A stretch of DNA of 64,000 bases from the NCBI GenBank assembly GCA_050011555.1, contig JBEKIT010000009.1:17807-81806 (forward strand). Direction: 5' to 3'. Shown here piece by piece: positions 9,263 through 18,034 of this stretch (positions are counted from its first letter, which is position 1; each line of letters starts with the position of its first letter). The notes below the pieces were generated by a model, which was not told the DNA's origin, ran no database searches, and saw only the letters and a list, made by a program, of their open reading frames with translations. The translations under genes and the position numbers were made by a program. The stretch comes from Candidatus Dormibacteria bacterium. Lineage in GTDB: Bacteria > Chloroflexota > Dormibacteria > Aeolococcales > Aeolococcaceae.

Positions 9263-10549
9263 ATGACCACATCAGACCCTGAGCCGTCGCCGTCGGCGGT
9301 CGCCCGCCTCTGGCTCACTCAGATCACCGGCAGCCGGCTCGTCGACCGCACCGGGGAGACCCTGGGGCGGGTCGAGGATGTCATCGTCCGTCTCGGCGCG
9401 GGTGGCTACCCGCCCGTGACCGGCCTCATCGGACGGGTCGCCGGTCGCCAGCTCTTCGTCCCCCGCGAGCGGGTCGGGGAGATCGGCCCGCGGCGGATCG
9501 ATCTCACCGGCGAGACCCTCAGCCTGCTGCGCTTCGAGCGCCGCCAGGGCGAGGTGCTGCTCCGCAGCGATGTTCTGGGCCGGCGTCTGATCAGCGTGGA
9601 GACGGGCCGGTTGATCACCGCCGCCGACATCCAGCTCAGCGCCGGCCGCAGTGGCTGGCGGGTGGCGGGAGTCGACTCGAGCCCTCGGGGCGGCCTCCGC
9701 CGGCTGCTCCCTCCGCCCCTCAACGCGCGACGCCACGACCCCCGGTACTTCGTCGACTGGTCACAGGTCGAGCCCTTCGTCGGCCACGTGCCGACATCGC
9801 GCCTGCTCATGCCGCTGCGGCGGCTGCGCCGTCTCCACCCCGCCGAGATCGCCGACATCGTCGAGAGCGCCTCGCACGAGGAGGGGGAGGAGATCATCAC
9901 CGCCGTGCACGCCGACCCCGAGCTGGAGGCGGACGTCTTCGAGGAGCTCAACACTGAGCATCAGGTGGAGTTCCTCCGCTCGCGCTCCGACGCGGAGGCC
10001 GCGGCCGTGCTCGCGGGCATGGGCGCCGACGATGCCGCCGACCTCATCACCGAGCTCGACCAGGAGCGGCGCGCCCCCATCCTCGCCCTGCTCCCGGCCG
10101 CCAAGCAGGCCAAGGTCCGAGCCCTGCTCAGCTACAGCGCGGAGAGCGCGGGAGGGCTGATGAGCCCCGACTTCGTGGCCGTCGCCGAGGCCGCAACGGT
10201 CACCGAGGCGCTGGCCGCGGTCCGTGCCGCGGACCTCTCGCCGCAGGTGCTGACCGACGTCTTCGTCACCGACGCGTCGGGCCGCCTGGTCGGTGCCGTG
10301 CCGCTCGTGAGCCTCATCCAGGCCCGGGGCAACGGCGGGGTGGCCAAGCTGGTGCAGCGGGGGGACACGGCCCTGGAGCTGGGTGACGACCTGCCCGAGG
10401 TGGCCCGGCTGATGACCGACTTCAACCTCAGTGTCGCGCCGGTCGTCGACGACGGCCGCCGCATCGTCGGGGTGATCTCCGTCGACGACGTGCTCGAGGC
10501 CATCCTGCCCGACTCCTGGCGCCGCCGCTCCGAGGCTGACCACGGCTGA
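9263..10549 (+). CDS. Soluble PRC-barrel + MgtE N-terminal + CBS-pair protein (no membrane domain)
   Basis: LHPAEIADIVE, MGADDAADLI, LLSYSAESAGGLMSPDF, CBS pair ending IVGVISVDDVLE; no hydrophobic segments. Confidence 0.85.
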   Translation: MTTSDPEPSPSAVARLWLTQITGSRLVDRTGETLGRVEDVIVRLGAGGYPPVTGLIGRVAGRQLFVPRERVGEIGPRRIDLTGETLSLLRFERRQGEVLLRSDVLGRRLISVETGRLITAADIQLSAGRSGWRVAGVDSSPRGGLRRLLPPPLNARRHDPRYFVDWSQVEPFVGHVPTSRLLMPLRRLRRLHPAEIADIVESASHEEGEEIITAVHADPELEADVFEELNTEHQVEFLRSRSDAEAAAVLAGMGADDAADLITELDQERRAPILALLPAAKQAKVRALLSYSAESAGGLMSPDFVAVAEAATVTEALAAVRAADLSPQVLTDVFVTDASGRLVGAVPLVSLIQARGNGGVAKLVQRGDTALELGDDLPEVARLMTDFNLSVAPVVDDGRRIVGVISVDDVLEAILPDSWRRRSEADHG

Positions 10550-10622
10550 GACCGCCGGCCGCGAGGGCGTCCACCGCGAGCCCGCGATCGCTCCGGGCCC
10601 GGTCGGGAGACATGAGGCCCCC

Positions 10623-10829
10623 TGGTAGACTGGCGCCGGCAGTCAACAGCCAGAGGTGCACATGGAAGGCGGCGATAGTAGGCGGCCCGGGGCTCCATCG
10701 ACATCACCTGCGATGTCGTGGTGCGCCGGCGCCAAGGTCACGCCTGCAAAGGGGTCTGAGAGCGTCGTGACCTCCTGAGCGGGCGGATCCGCTCGGTTGT
10801 GCTGCCCAAGGGGCAGCGGGAGGTCCGGC
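10623..10829 (+). promoter_or_regulatory. Extended -10 promoter and structured 5' leader of NRAMP-like gene (candidate cis-regulatory RNA)
   Basis: TGgTAGACT at 10623-10631; hairpins CGACATC/GATGTCG, AGGTCACG/CGTGACCT, GAGCGG/CCGCTC, GCTGCCC/GGGCAGC directly before GGGAGG RBS. Confidence 0.5.
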
Positions 10830-12461
10830 TTGGTCGACGAGAGGCACCGGAACTCGGGGGCGGGCGCCACCGCGGTCCTCGACGATGCTCACCTCGGCGA
10901 CATCCGGGGCGCCTTCGGCACCATCGCCGAGCAGGAGCACGGCTCCCGGAGGACCTGGAGACGGCGGGTGCTCGCACTCGCCGTGATCATGGGACCGGGG
11001 CTCATCGTCATGGTCGGCGACAACGACGCCGGCGGGGTCGCGACCTACGCCCAGGCCGGCCAGGACTACGGGACCAGCCTGCTCTGGGTGCTGGTCCTGC
11101 TGATCCCGGTGCTGATCGTCAACCAGGAGATGGTGGTCCGGCTCGGCGCGGTCACCGGCGTCGGCCATGGGCGGCTCATCTTCGAGCGCTTCGGGAAGTT
11201 CTGGGGGTGGTTCTCGGTCGGCGACCTCTTCCTTCTCAACTTCCTCACCATCACCACCGAGTTCATTGGGATCGGGCTGGGCGCCAACTACTTCGGGGTC
11301 AGCCCCTACATCGCGGTCCCCGTCGGCGCCGCCTTCCTGGTGGGCATCACCGTGACCGGGAGGTTCTCGACCTGGGAGCGGCTGATGTTCCTCATCCTGG
11401 GAGGCAACGCGCTGGTGGTGCCGCTGGTCGTGCTCGCCCATCCCACCCTCGGGCCGGTGCTCCACGGCTTCCTGGTCCCGGGCATCCAGGGGGGCCTGAC
11501 CTCCGATGGCGCCCTGCTCATCGTCGCCATCGTCGGCACCACGGTGGCGCCGTGGCAGCTCTTCTTCCAGCAGTCGAACGTCGTCGACAAGCGGATCACC
11601 CCGCGCTGGATCGCGTACGAGCGCACCGACACCGTCGTGGGTGCCTTCGTGGTCGTGATCGGCGCCGCGTTCATCATCATCACCTCCGCCGTCGCCTTCC
11701 AGGGGACCGCCCTCGCCGGACAGTTCCACGACGCGGAGACGGTGGCACGGGGGCTGGCGACTCACGTGAGCCCGACCCTCGGTGCGGTCTTCGCGGTGCT
11801 GCTCATCGACGCGTCGGTGATCGGCGCCAGCGCCGTCACGCTGGCGACCTCGTACGCCTTCGGGGACGTCTTCGGGATCCGCCATTCGCTGCACCGCTCG
11901 TGGCGCGACGCCAAGCTCTTCTACGGCGTCTTCACCATCGTGGTCGTGCTGGCGGCGGGCATCGTGCTCCTCCCCAATGCTCCCCTCGGCCTGATCACCA
12001 CCGCGGTCCAGGCCCTGGCCGGGACCCTGCTGCCCAGCGCCAGCCTCTTCCTGCTCCTGCTCTGCAACGACCCGGCGGTGCTCGGCCCCTGGGTCAACAA
12101 GCCGTGGCTCAACGTGCTGGCCACCGTCATCCTCGCCATCCTGGTGATGCTCTCCCTGATCCTGGTCTTCTCCACGATCTTCTCCGGCGTCAGTGTCACC
12201 CTGCTGCTGATCGTCTTCGGTGGCATGCTGGTGGCCGGGCTGATCGGGATCGGCATCGTCACCCGGGGCAGCCTGGCCCCGGCCGTCTCCGAGCGCGCGA
12301 AGGAGGAGCGCTTCACCTGGCGGATGCCGCCCATCGCCCTGCTCACGCGCCCTGTGCCCTCGCGCGGTCGGAGGATCGGGATGACCGCGATGGGTGCCTA
12401 CATCGCGGTGGCGGTGCTGCTGCTGCTGGTCAAGGCGATCGAGCTGGGCTTCGGCCACTGA
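10830..12461 (+). CDS. NRAMP/SLC11-family transporter, NRMT (Mg2+)-type
   Basis: GPGLIVMVGDNDAGG..TYAQAG..YG, QEMVVRLGAVTG, TM6 GTTVAPW (Ala at the canonical Met); TTG start after GGGAGG. Confidence 0.88.
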   Translation: MVDERHRNSGAGATAVLDDAHLGDIRGAFGTIAEQEHGSRRTWRRRVLALAVIMGPGLIVMVGDNDAGGVATYAQAGQDYGTSLLWVLVLLIPVLIVNQEMVVRLGAVTGVGHGRLIFERFGKFWGWFSVGDLFLLNFLTITTEFIGIGLGANYFGVSPYIAVPVGAAFLVGITVTGRFSTWERLMFLILGGNALVVPLVVLAHPTLGPVLHGFLVPGIQGGLTSDGALLIVAIVGTTVAPWQLFFQQSNVVDKRITPRWIAYERTDTVVGAFVVVIGAAFIIITSAVAFQGTALAGQFHDAETVARGLATHVSPTLGAVFAVLLIDASVIGASAVTLATSYAFGDVFGIRHSLHRSWRDAKLFYGVFTIVVVLAAGIVLLPNAPLGLITTAVQALAGTLLPSASLFLLLLCNDPAVLGPWVNKPWLNVLATVILAILVMLSLILVFSTIFSGVSVTLLLIVFGGMLVAGLIGIGIVTRGSLAPAVSERAKEERFTWRMPPIALLTRPVPSRGRRIGMTAMGAYIAVAVLLLLVKAIELGFGH

Positions 12462-12514
12462 CGGCGCCGGGCCGGCCGGGCGCGCCCCCGCCCGCCTGAT
12501 GTGACAATGCGCGG

Positions 12515-13711
12515 ATGGCGACCAGCGGCGCCCCCGGCCAGGCGCGGACCCGCCTCGACCCGGCGGACCTCTACGCGGTCGATCAGCTCCTCGGCGACGA
12601 GGAGCGGCTCGTCCAGGCGACCGTCCGCGACTTCGTCCGGGACCGCTTCCTCCCGCTCGTCGGCGAGCACTTCGAGGCGGGCACGTTCCCGCGCGACATC
12701 GTGCCGGAGATCGCCGGCCTCGGGCTGTTCGGGATGCATCTCGAGGGGTACGGCTGTGCCGGGACCTCGGCGGTCGCGTACGGGGTCGCCTGCGAGGAGC
12801 TGGAGGCGGGGGACAGCGGACTGCGCTCCTTCGTCTCGGTGCAGGGGTCGCTGGCGATGTTCCCCATCCACCGCTACGGCAGCGAGGAGCAGCGCCGGCG
12901 CTGGCTGCCGGAGATGGCGGCGGGGAGGGCGATCGGCTGCTTCGGGCTGACCGAGCCCGACGCCGGCAGCGACCCGGCGGCGATGCGGACGCGGGCGCGC
13001 CGCTCCGGCGGCGACTGGGTCCTCTCGGGGACCAAGATGTGGATCACCAACGGGTCGATCGCCGACGTTGCGGTGGTCTGGGCGCAGACCGAGGAGGGGA
13101 TCCGCGGCTTCCTGGTCGAGCGCGGCACCCCCGGCTTCTCCACCCGCGACATCGAGCACAAGCTCTCGCTGCGCGCCTCGATAACGTCCGAGCTGGTCCT
13201 CGACGAGGTGACCCTGCCGGATGCGGCCATGCTCCCGGGGGCGCGCGGCCTGGGCGCTCCGCTCTCCTGCCTCGACGAGGCCCGCTACGGCATCTGCTGG
13301 GGGGTGCTGGGCGCGGGCCGGACCTGCTTCGAGGCCGCGGTCGAGTACGCCCGCAGCCGGCAGGCCTTCGGCCGGCCGATCGCCCGCTTCCAGCTCACCC
13401 AGGCCAAGCTCGCCGAGATGGCCACGCGGCTGGTCCAGGGCCGCCTGGTCGCCCACCGGCTCGGCACCCTCAAGGACACCGGCCGGGCTCAGCCGGTCCA
13501 GGTGTCGCTCGCCAAGCGGGCCAACACCCGGATCGCCCTCGATGTGGCGCGCGAGGCCCGGACCATCCTCGGCGCCAACGGGATCACCCTCGACTATCCG
13601 GTCGCCCGCCACATGGCAAACCTGGAGGCGGTGCTCACCTACGAGGGGACCGAGGAGGTCCACAGCCTGATCCTGGGCAGGGCGATCACCGGCGAGGACG
13701 CCTTCCAGTAG
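12515..13711 (+). CDS. Acyl-CoA dehydrogenase, glutaryl-CoA dehydrogenase-like
   Basis: DSGLRSFVSVQGSL, CFGLTEPDAGSDP, KMWITNG, LGANGI, TYEGT. Confidence 0.9.
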   Translation: MATSGAPGQARTRLDPADLYAVDQLLGDEERLVQATVRDFVRDRFLPLVGEHFEAGTFPRDIVPEIAGLGLFGMHLEGYGCAGTSAVAYGVACEELEAGDSGLRSFVSVQGSLAMFPIHRYGSEEQRRRWLPEMAAGRAIGCFGLTEPDAGSDPAAMRTRARRSGGDWVLSGTKMWITNGSIADVAVVWAQTEEGIRGFLVERGTPGFSTRDIEHKLSLRASITSELVLDEVTLPDAAMLPGARGLGAPLSCLDEARYGICWGVLGAGRTCFEAAVEYARSRQAFGRPIARFQLTQAKLAEMATRLVQGRLVAHRLGTLKDTGRAQPVQVSLAKRANTRIALDVAREARTILGANGITLDYPVARHMANLEAVLTYEGTEEVHSLILGRAITGEDAFQ

Positions 13712-13809
13712 CCCGGGGAGTGGCGGGCGCGCTGTAACGATCCGGCGCCGACCGGTGGCGCGGAGCCCCCACCCACGCCGGTGGCCTCAACAATCTCGGA
13801 CTGACAACC

Positions 13810-15750
13810 ATGAGCTTCTGGTTCTCGGTCCTGGAGGGGCTTGTCCTCGGAGCGGTCCTGATGGGGCTGGTCGGATTCACCGCGTACCGGGTGGGCTGCG
13901 CGCTGGCGCCGGATTCGGCGGACCTCCTGGAACGGATCGTGTTCGCCGGACTGGTCGGCGTCACCGGCTGGGTCGCCCTCCTCCAGGTCCTGGGCCTGAT
14001 CGGCGTCCTCTGGCTCCCGGTCGTGGGCGTCTGCCTTGCCGTGCTCGCCGGGACCAGCCTGCTCGCGCTTCCCTCTCCGGCACCCCGGCTGGTCGTGGCC
14101 TCGTCCGTGCCCTGGGGCCTGGTCGCCGTCGCCGTGCCCTTCGCCGTGCTCGCCGCGGTCGAGGTGCTGTGGGGACCGCCGCTGTCCAACAGCTACGACA
14201 CCCTCCACTACCACGTCGTCAACGCCGCCCACTACCTCGACAGCGGCACCATCCGCAGCCTGCCCTTCGCCCAGCCGGGCGACAACACCGGGGCGGCACC
14301 GGGCAACGGCAGCCTGCTGCTGCTCGCGGTCATGCTCCCCCTCCACAACGCCGGCCTGGTCGCCCTCCCCAACCTCCTCTGCGCGGGCCTGCTGATTGCG
14401 GTCACGGCACTGCTCTCCCGCGAGCTGGGTCGCGGGGCCTGGCCAGGGTTGGTGACCGGCCTGGTCATCGTGACCACCGTGTGCTTCTTCGAGACCCAGG
14501 TGCGGTCCGCGTACGACGACGCGGTCGGGCTTCTCGGGCTGCTGGCCGCGCTCCTCTTCGGCCTGCGGTCGGCGCGCAGCGGTGAGCGCCTCACCCTGTT
14601 GCTGGCGGGGTTGAGCCTGGGTCTGGCCGTTGGGACCAAGGGGTCGTACATCCTCCCGGGGGTCGCGGTGGCGGCGGTCGTGCTCTGGGCGCACCGCGCG
14701 CGCCCCGGTCGCGGCTGGGGGCTGGGGTTCATCGCCGCCACGCTCAGCCTCTGCGCCGCCTGGTACGTGCGCGATTGGATCATCACCGGCGACCCGCTCT
14801 TCCCGCAGACCGTGCGGATCGGCTCCAGATTGGTCTTCGCGGGTCTCAGCGGGAGCGCCGCCGCCTACTCCGGATACGACCAGTCCCTGGCCGGCGCCGT
14901 CGTCGCCGGGGGCGGTTCGGGTGTCGCACGCTGGCTGGGGCCGGCACTCCTCAACTTCGGGGTCTCGCTGGCGGCGCCGGCCACCTGCCTCGTGGTGATC
15001 TGGCTCCGCGGCCGCGCCCGGCTGGTGGCGGTCGCGGCCCTGGCCTGTGCCGTCGCGTACGCGGTGACCCCCTTCACCGGCTCCTCGGTGCCGTCCCAGC
15101 TGACCGGCGGGCTGCGCTTCCTGCTCCCCGCCGCGGCCCTCGGTGTGGTCGCCCTCGGCGCGGCCCTGCCGGACCGCTGGTTCCGGCTCTCCGCCGTGGT
15201 AACCCTGGCGGTCGACGCCATCCTGCTGATCGACGTCGAATGGTCAAACAACTTCGTCAGCGTGCCGCTCCTGGTGGTTGCCGTCGCCGTGACCGTGTGC
15301 GTGCTCGCCGCCATCCGCTGGCGGGGCGCTCTGCGCGCTCCAGCCCGCCGGCGCCCGGTTCGCGGGGCGGCCGCGTTGGCGGTCGCGATCCTGGCGGTCC
15401 TGGCCACGGCGCACCTGCAGCCGTCCACGAGCCCGACCCCCGTGCAGCGGGCCCTGGACACGGCGCGCAACCCGCACGCGCCGGTGGTCGTCATGGATGT
15501 CGGGGACGTGGCGACCATCCTCGGTCCCCAGCTCGACGTCGACGTCGTCGCCGCGGGTGACGGCCCCGTGGGCGCCGAGCGTCCGATCCGCGACCCGGCC
15601 CAGCTCACGCTGCGCATCGAGGCCCTCCATCCTGCCGCGGTGGTGGTCGGCAACGTGGCCGAGTTCAACGTCGTGCCGGCGACCTGGGCTCCCCCGGCGA
15701 CCTGGCGCATGCTCGGGACCGAGGACGGCGCGGTCGTCTACGAGCCCTGA
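13810..15750 (+). CDS. Multi-pass membrane protein, probable GT-C (ArnT/PMT-like) glycosyltransferase
   Basis: Many TM helices, loop DTLHYH, GLAVGTK, WYVRDWIITGDPLFP, RFLLP motifs. Confidence 0.6.
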   Translation: MSFWFSVLEGLVLGAVLMGLVGFTAYRVGCALAPDSADLLERIVFAGLVGVTGWVALLQVLGLIGVLWLPVVGVCLAVLAGTSLLALPSPAPRLVVASSVPWGLVAVAVPFAVLAAVEVLWGPPLSNSYDTLHYHVVNAAHYLDSGTIRSLPFAQPGDNTGAAPGNGSLLLLAVMLPLHNAGLVALPNLLCAGLLIAVTALLSRELGRGAWPGLVTGLVIVTTVCFFETQVRSAYDDAVGLLGLLAALLFGLRSARSGERLTLLLAGLSLGLAVGTKGSYILPGVAVAAVVLWAHRARPGRGWGLGFIAATLSLCAAWYVRDWIITGDPLFPQTVRIGSRLVFAGLSGSAAAYSGYDQSLAGAVVAGGGSGVARWLGPALLNFGVSLAAPATCLVVIWLRGRARLVAVAALACAVAYAVTPFTGSSVPSQLTGGLRFLLPAAALGVVALGAALPDRWFRLSAVVTLAVDAILLIDVEWSNNFVSVPLLVVAVAVTVCVLAAIRWRGALRAPARRRPVRGAAALAVAILAVLATAHLQPSTSPTPVQRALDTARNPHAPVVVMDVGDVATILGPQLDVDVVAAGDGPVGAERPIRDPAQLTLRIEALHPAAVVVGNVAEFNVVPATWAPPATWRMLGTEDGAVVYEP

Positions 15751-15839
15751 GCTCGGGGCGGCGGCCTCGGCGCACTGACGCGGCGAGCCCGCCCGGGCCC
15801 GGGGCCGCTCCCGGCTACCGGCGGCGTATCGTCGTCGAC

Positions 15840-16865
15840 GTGGAACAGAGGGTTCTCGGCCGGACCGGGATCAGCGTCAGCGAGCTCTGCCTCGGGGCCA
15901 TGATGTTCGGGGGCTGGGGCAACCCGGACCAGGACGAGTCGATCGGGATCATCCACCGGGCGCTCGACGCGGGCATCACCTTCATCGACACCGCCGACGT
16001 CTACTCGCAGGGCGAGTCCGAGGAGATCGTGGGGCGGGCCCTCGCCGGAGGGAGGCGGGACCAGGTGGTGCTCGCCACCAAGGTGCACGGCCAGATGGGC
16101 GACGACCCCAACGCCCAGGGCAACTCGCGCCGCTGGATCATCCGCGAGTGCGAGGCGAGCCTTCGGCGGCTGCGCACCGACTGGATCGACCTCTACCAGA
16201 TCCACCGCCCCGACCCGAGCTGCGACATCGACGAGACGCTGGGTGCGCTCACCGACCTGGTCCGGGCCGGCAAGGTGCGCGCCATCGGCAGCTCCACCTT
16301 CCCCCCGTCGCAGATCGTCGAGGCCCAGTGGGTGGCCGAGCGCCGGGGCCGGGAGCGGTTCCTCTGCGAGCAGCCGCCGTACTCGATGCTCGTCCGGGGA
16401 GTCGAGGCCGAGGTGCTGCCCGTCTGCCAGCAGTACGGCATGGGCGTCATCCCCTGGGGGCCCCTGTGCGGCGGCTTCCTCTCCGGAGGCTACCGCCTCG
16501 GTCAGCCCGCACCCGGCAGCCTGCGCTCGCAGCGGCTGCCGCAGCGCTTCGACCTCTCGCTCCCGGGCAACCAGCGCAAGCTCGAGGCCGCCGACGCGCT
16601 GGCCCATCTCGCCGACCAGGCCGGGATCAGCCTCATCCACCTCGCCATCGCCTTCGTCCTCCGGCACCCGGCGGTCACCGCGGCGATCATCGGGCCGCGC
16701 ACCATGGAGCATCTCGAGAGCCAGCTCGGTGCCGCCGACGTCACCCTCGACGAGGCCACCCTCGACCGCATCGACGAGATCGTGCCCCCTGGGACGAACG
16801 TCAATCCGGCCGATGCCGGCTGGGCCGCGCCCGATATCAGCGACAGCCGGTTGCGTCGCCGCTGA
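15840..16865 (+). CDS. Aldo/keto reductase
   Basis: LCLGAMMFG, DTADVYS, LATK, DLYQIHRPD, IIGPRTMEHL. Confidence 0.95.
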   Translation: MEQRVLGRTGISVSELCLGAMMFGGWGNPDQDESIGIIHRALDAGITFIDTADVYSQGESEEIVGRALAGGRRDQVVLATKVHGQMGDDPNAQGNSRRWIIRECEASLRRLRTDWIDLYQIHRPDPSCDIDETLGALTDLVRAGKVRAIGSSTFPPSQIVEAQWVAERRGRERFLCEQPPYSMLVRGVEAEVLPVCQQYGMGVIPWGPLCGGFLSGGYRLGQPAPGSLRSQRLPQRFDLSLPGNQRKLEAADALAHLADQAGISLIHLAIAFVLRHPAVTAAIIGPRTMEHLESQLGAADVTLDEATLDRIDEIVPPGTNVNPADAGWAAPDISDSRLRRR

Positions 16866-16896
16866 GGATCGCGCCTCTGCGGAAGCGGTAGCCCAT

Positions 16897-17050
16897 AGCT
16901 GCGGGCGGCTGGCCGGTCGCGCACCCATCGCTCCAATCGTGTGGTCTCGTCGGCGCCGAGCTGGTCACGCCCGGCGCCGACCCGGTCACCCCGCTGTTCC
17001 TGGCGGTGCCGCTGCTCGCCCTCTTCGAGCTCTCCGTCCTGGTGCTGGCC
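16897..17050 (+). pseudogene. tatC: C-terminal fragment of tatC
   Basis: Frame 16946-17050 reads LVGAELVTPGADPVTPLFLAVPLLALFELSVLVLA, matching the TatC TM5-6 TPxxDP..AxP..LY/FE motif; no start, rest of gene absent. Confidence 0.72.
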
Positions 17051-17128
17051 CACCCTGAAGCGCTGAGCTCGCGGCGCGCCGCGACCCGCTTGGCACGCTA
17101 CGACTCGCAGTTGTGCTCCGTCGCCCGC

Positions 17129-17183
17129 AGCGGGAGGCGGGGCTGGAACTCGCGACCCCCACCTTGGCGAGGTGGTGGTCTAC
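17129..17183 (-). pseudogene. Degenerate 3' portion of tRNA-Gly(GCC); possible att-site relic
   Basis: Minus strand GTAGACCACCACCTCGCCAAGGTGGGGGTCGCGAGTTCCAGCCCCGCCTCCCGCT: anticodon arm CCACC-TCGCCAA-GGTGG region, T arm with mutated TTCGA, acceptor 3' strand; 5' acceptor/D strand absent. Confidence 0.75.
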
Positions 17184-17238
17184 TCGCGGCGCCAGTCCCT
17201 TCGCCATTGCGGAGAGCTGATGTGCTGAGCGCGCTCCC

Positions 17239-18000
17239 TCAAGCGATGGCGCGCGAGAACCTCCGGGCGCCGATCGCCACCCCCACGACCGCCAGGGCGG
17301 CCATGATCGCCAGCCCCTTGACCACGTCGATGGACCCGCCGTTGCCGTTGAAGACGTCGCGGGCGGCCGTCACCGCGTAGGAGAGCGGGTTGACCTGGGC
17401 GATGTGCTGCAGCCAGTCGGGGGCGAGCTGCAGCGGCAGCAGGACTCCGCTCAGCAGCAGGAGTGGGAGCGAGAGCGTGAAGACCAGCGGCGCGTACGAG
17501 TTCTCGTCCTTGAGGGCGAGCGCGGCAGAGTAGGCGAGCGACGACATCCCGAGCCCGATGAGGGCGACCAATCCGAGCATCACCAGCACACCGATCCAGG
17601 TCGGCTTGAGCCCGAAGGGGATCGCCAGCGCCAGCAGGATGATCGATTGGACGATGAGGGTGAGGAGGTCGCGGCCGGCCCGGCCCAGCAGCAGGGCGAG
17701 GCGGCTGACCGGGGTCACCCGGAAACGCTCGATCACTCCCGAGCGCAGCTCGTCGATCAGCCCGAAGCCCACGCCGCTGGCCCCGAAGAGGCCGAGCTGG
17801 ATCAGCAACCCGGGCACGAAGACGTTGTAGGCGCCACCCGGCGGGAATCCGGGGATGTGCACCAGCGACTTGAGCAGGGGGGCGAAGAGGAGCAGGTAGA
17901 GCACCGGCTGGATGACCCCGATGATCACCCAGGCCGGGTTGCCGATGAAGATGAGGAAGTAGCGGACAAACATCAGCCAGGTGTCGCGGAGCAGCTTCAC
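17239..18000 (-). CDS. ABC-2 type exporter permease (DrrB-like)
   Basis: QPVLYLLLF, GVIERFRVTPVSR..LLGR, LLSG..P..APDWL..NPLSYAV. Confidence 0.92.
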   Translation of the reverse strand: MKLLRDTWLMFVRYFLIFIGNPAWVIIGVIQPVLYLLLFAPLLKSLVHIPGFPPGGAYNVFVPGLLIQLGLFGASGVGFGLIDELRSGVIERFRVTPVSRLALLLGRAGRDLLTLIVQSIILLALAIPFGLKPTWIGVLVMLGLVALIGLGMSSLAYSAALALKDENSYAPLVFTLSLPLLLLSGVLLPLQLAPDWLQHIAQVNPLSYAVTAARDVFNGNGGSIDVVKGLAIMAALAVVGVAIGARRFSRAIA

Positions 18001-18034
18001 GATCGGTTCTCCATCTGGAAGGGAATCGCCGCGC

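Noticed and set aside
10641-10780. M-box, yybP-ykoY or c-di-GMP-I riboswitch call for the NRAMP leader
   Set aside because: Only scattered words match (GTCAACAG, CATCGACAT, GGTCACGC, GCAAA); order and spacing do not fit the consensus, so it is left as an unknown candidate
17129-17200. Functional tRNA-Gly
   Set aside because: 5' acceptor and D-arm strand missing, T-loop and anticodon loop mutated, no CCA
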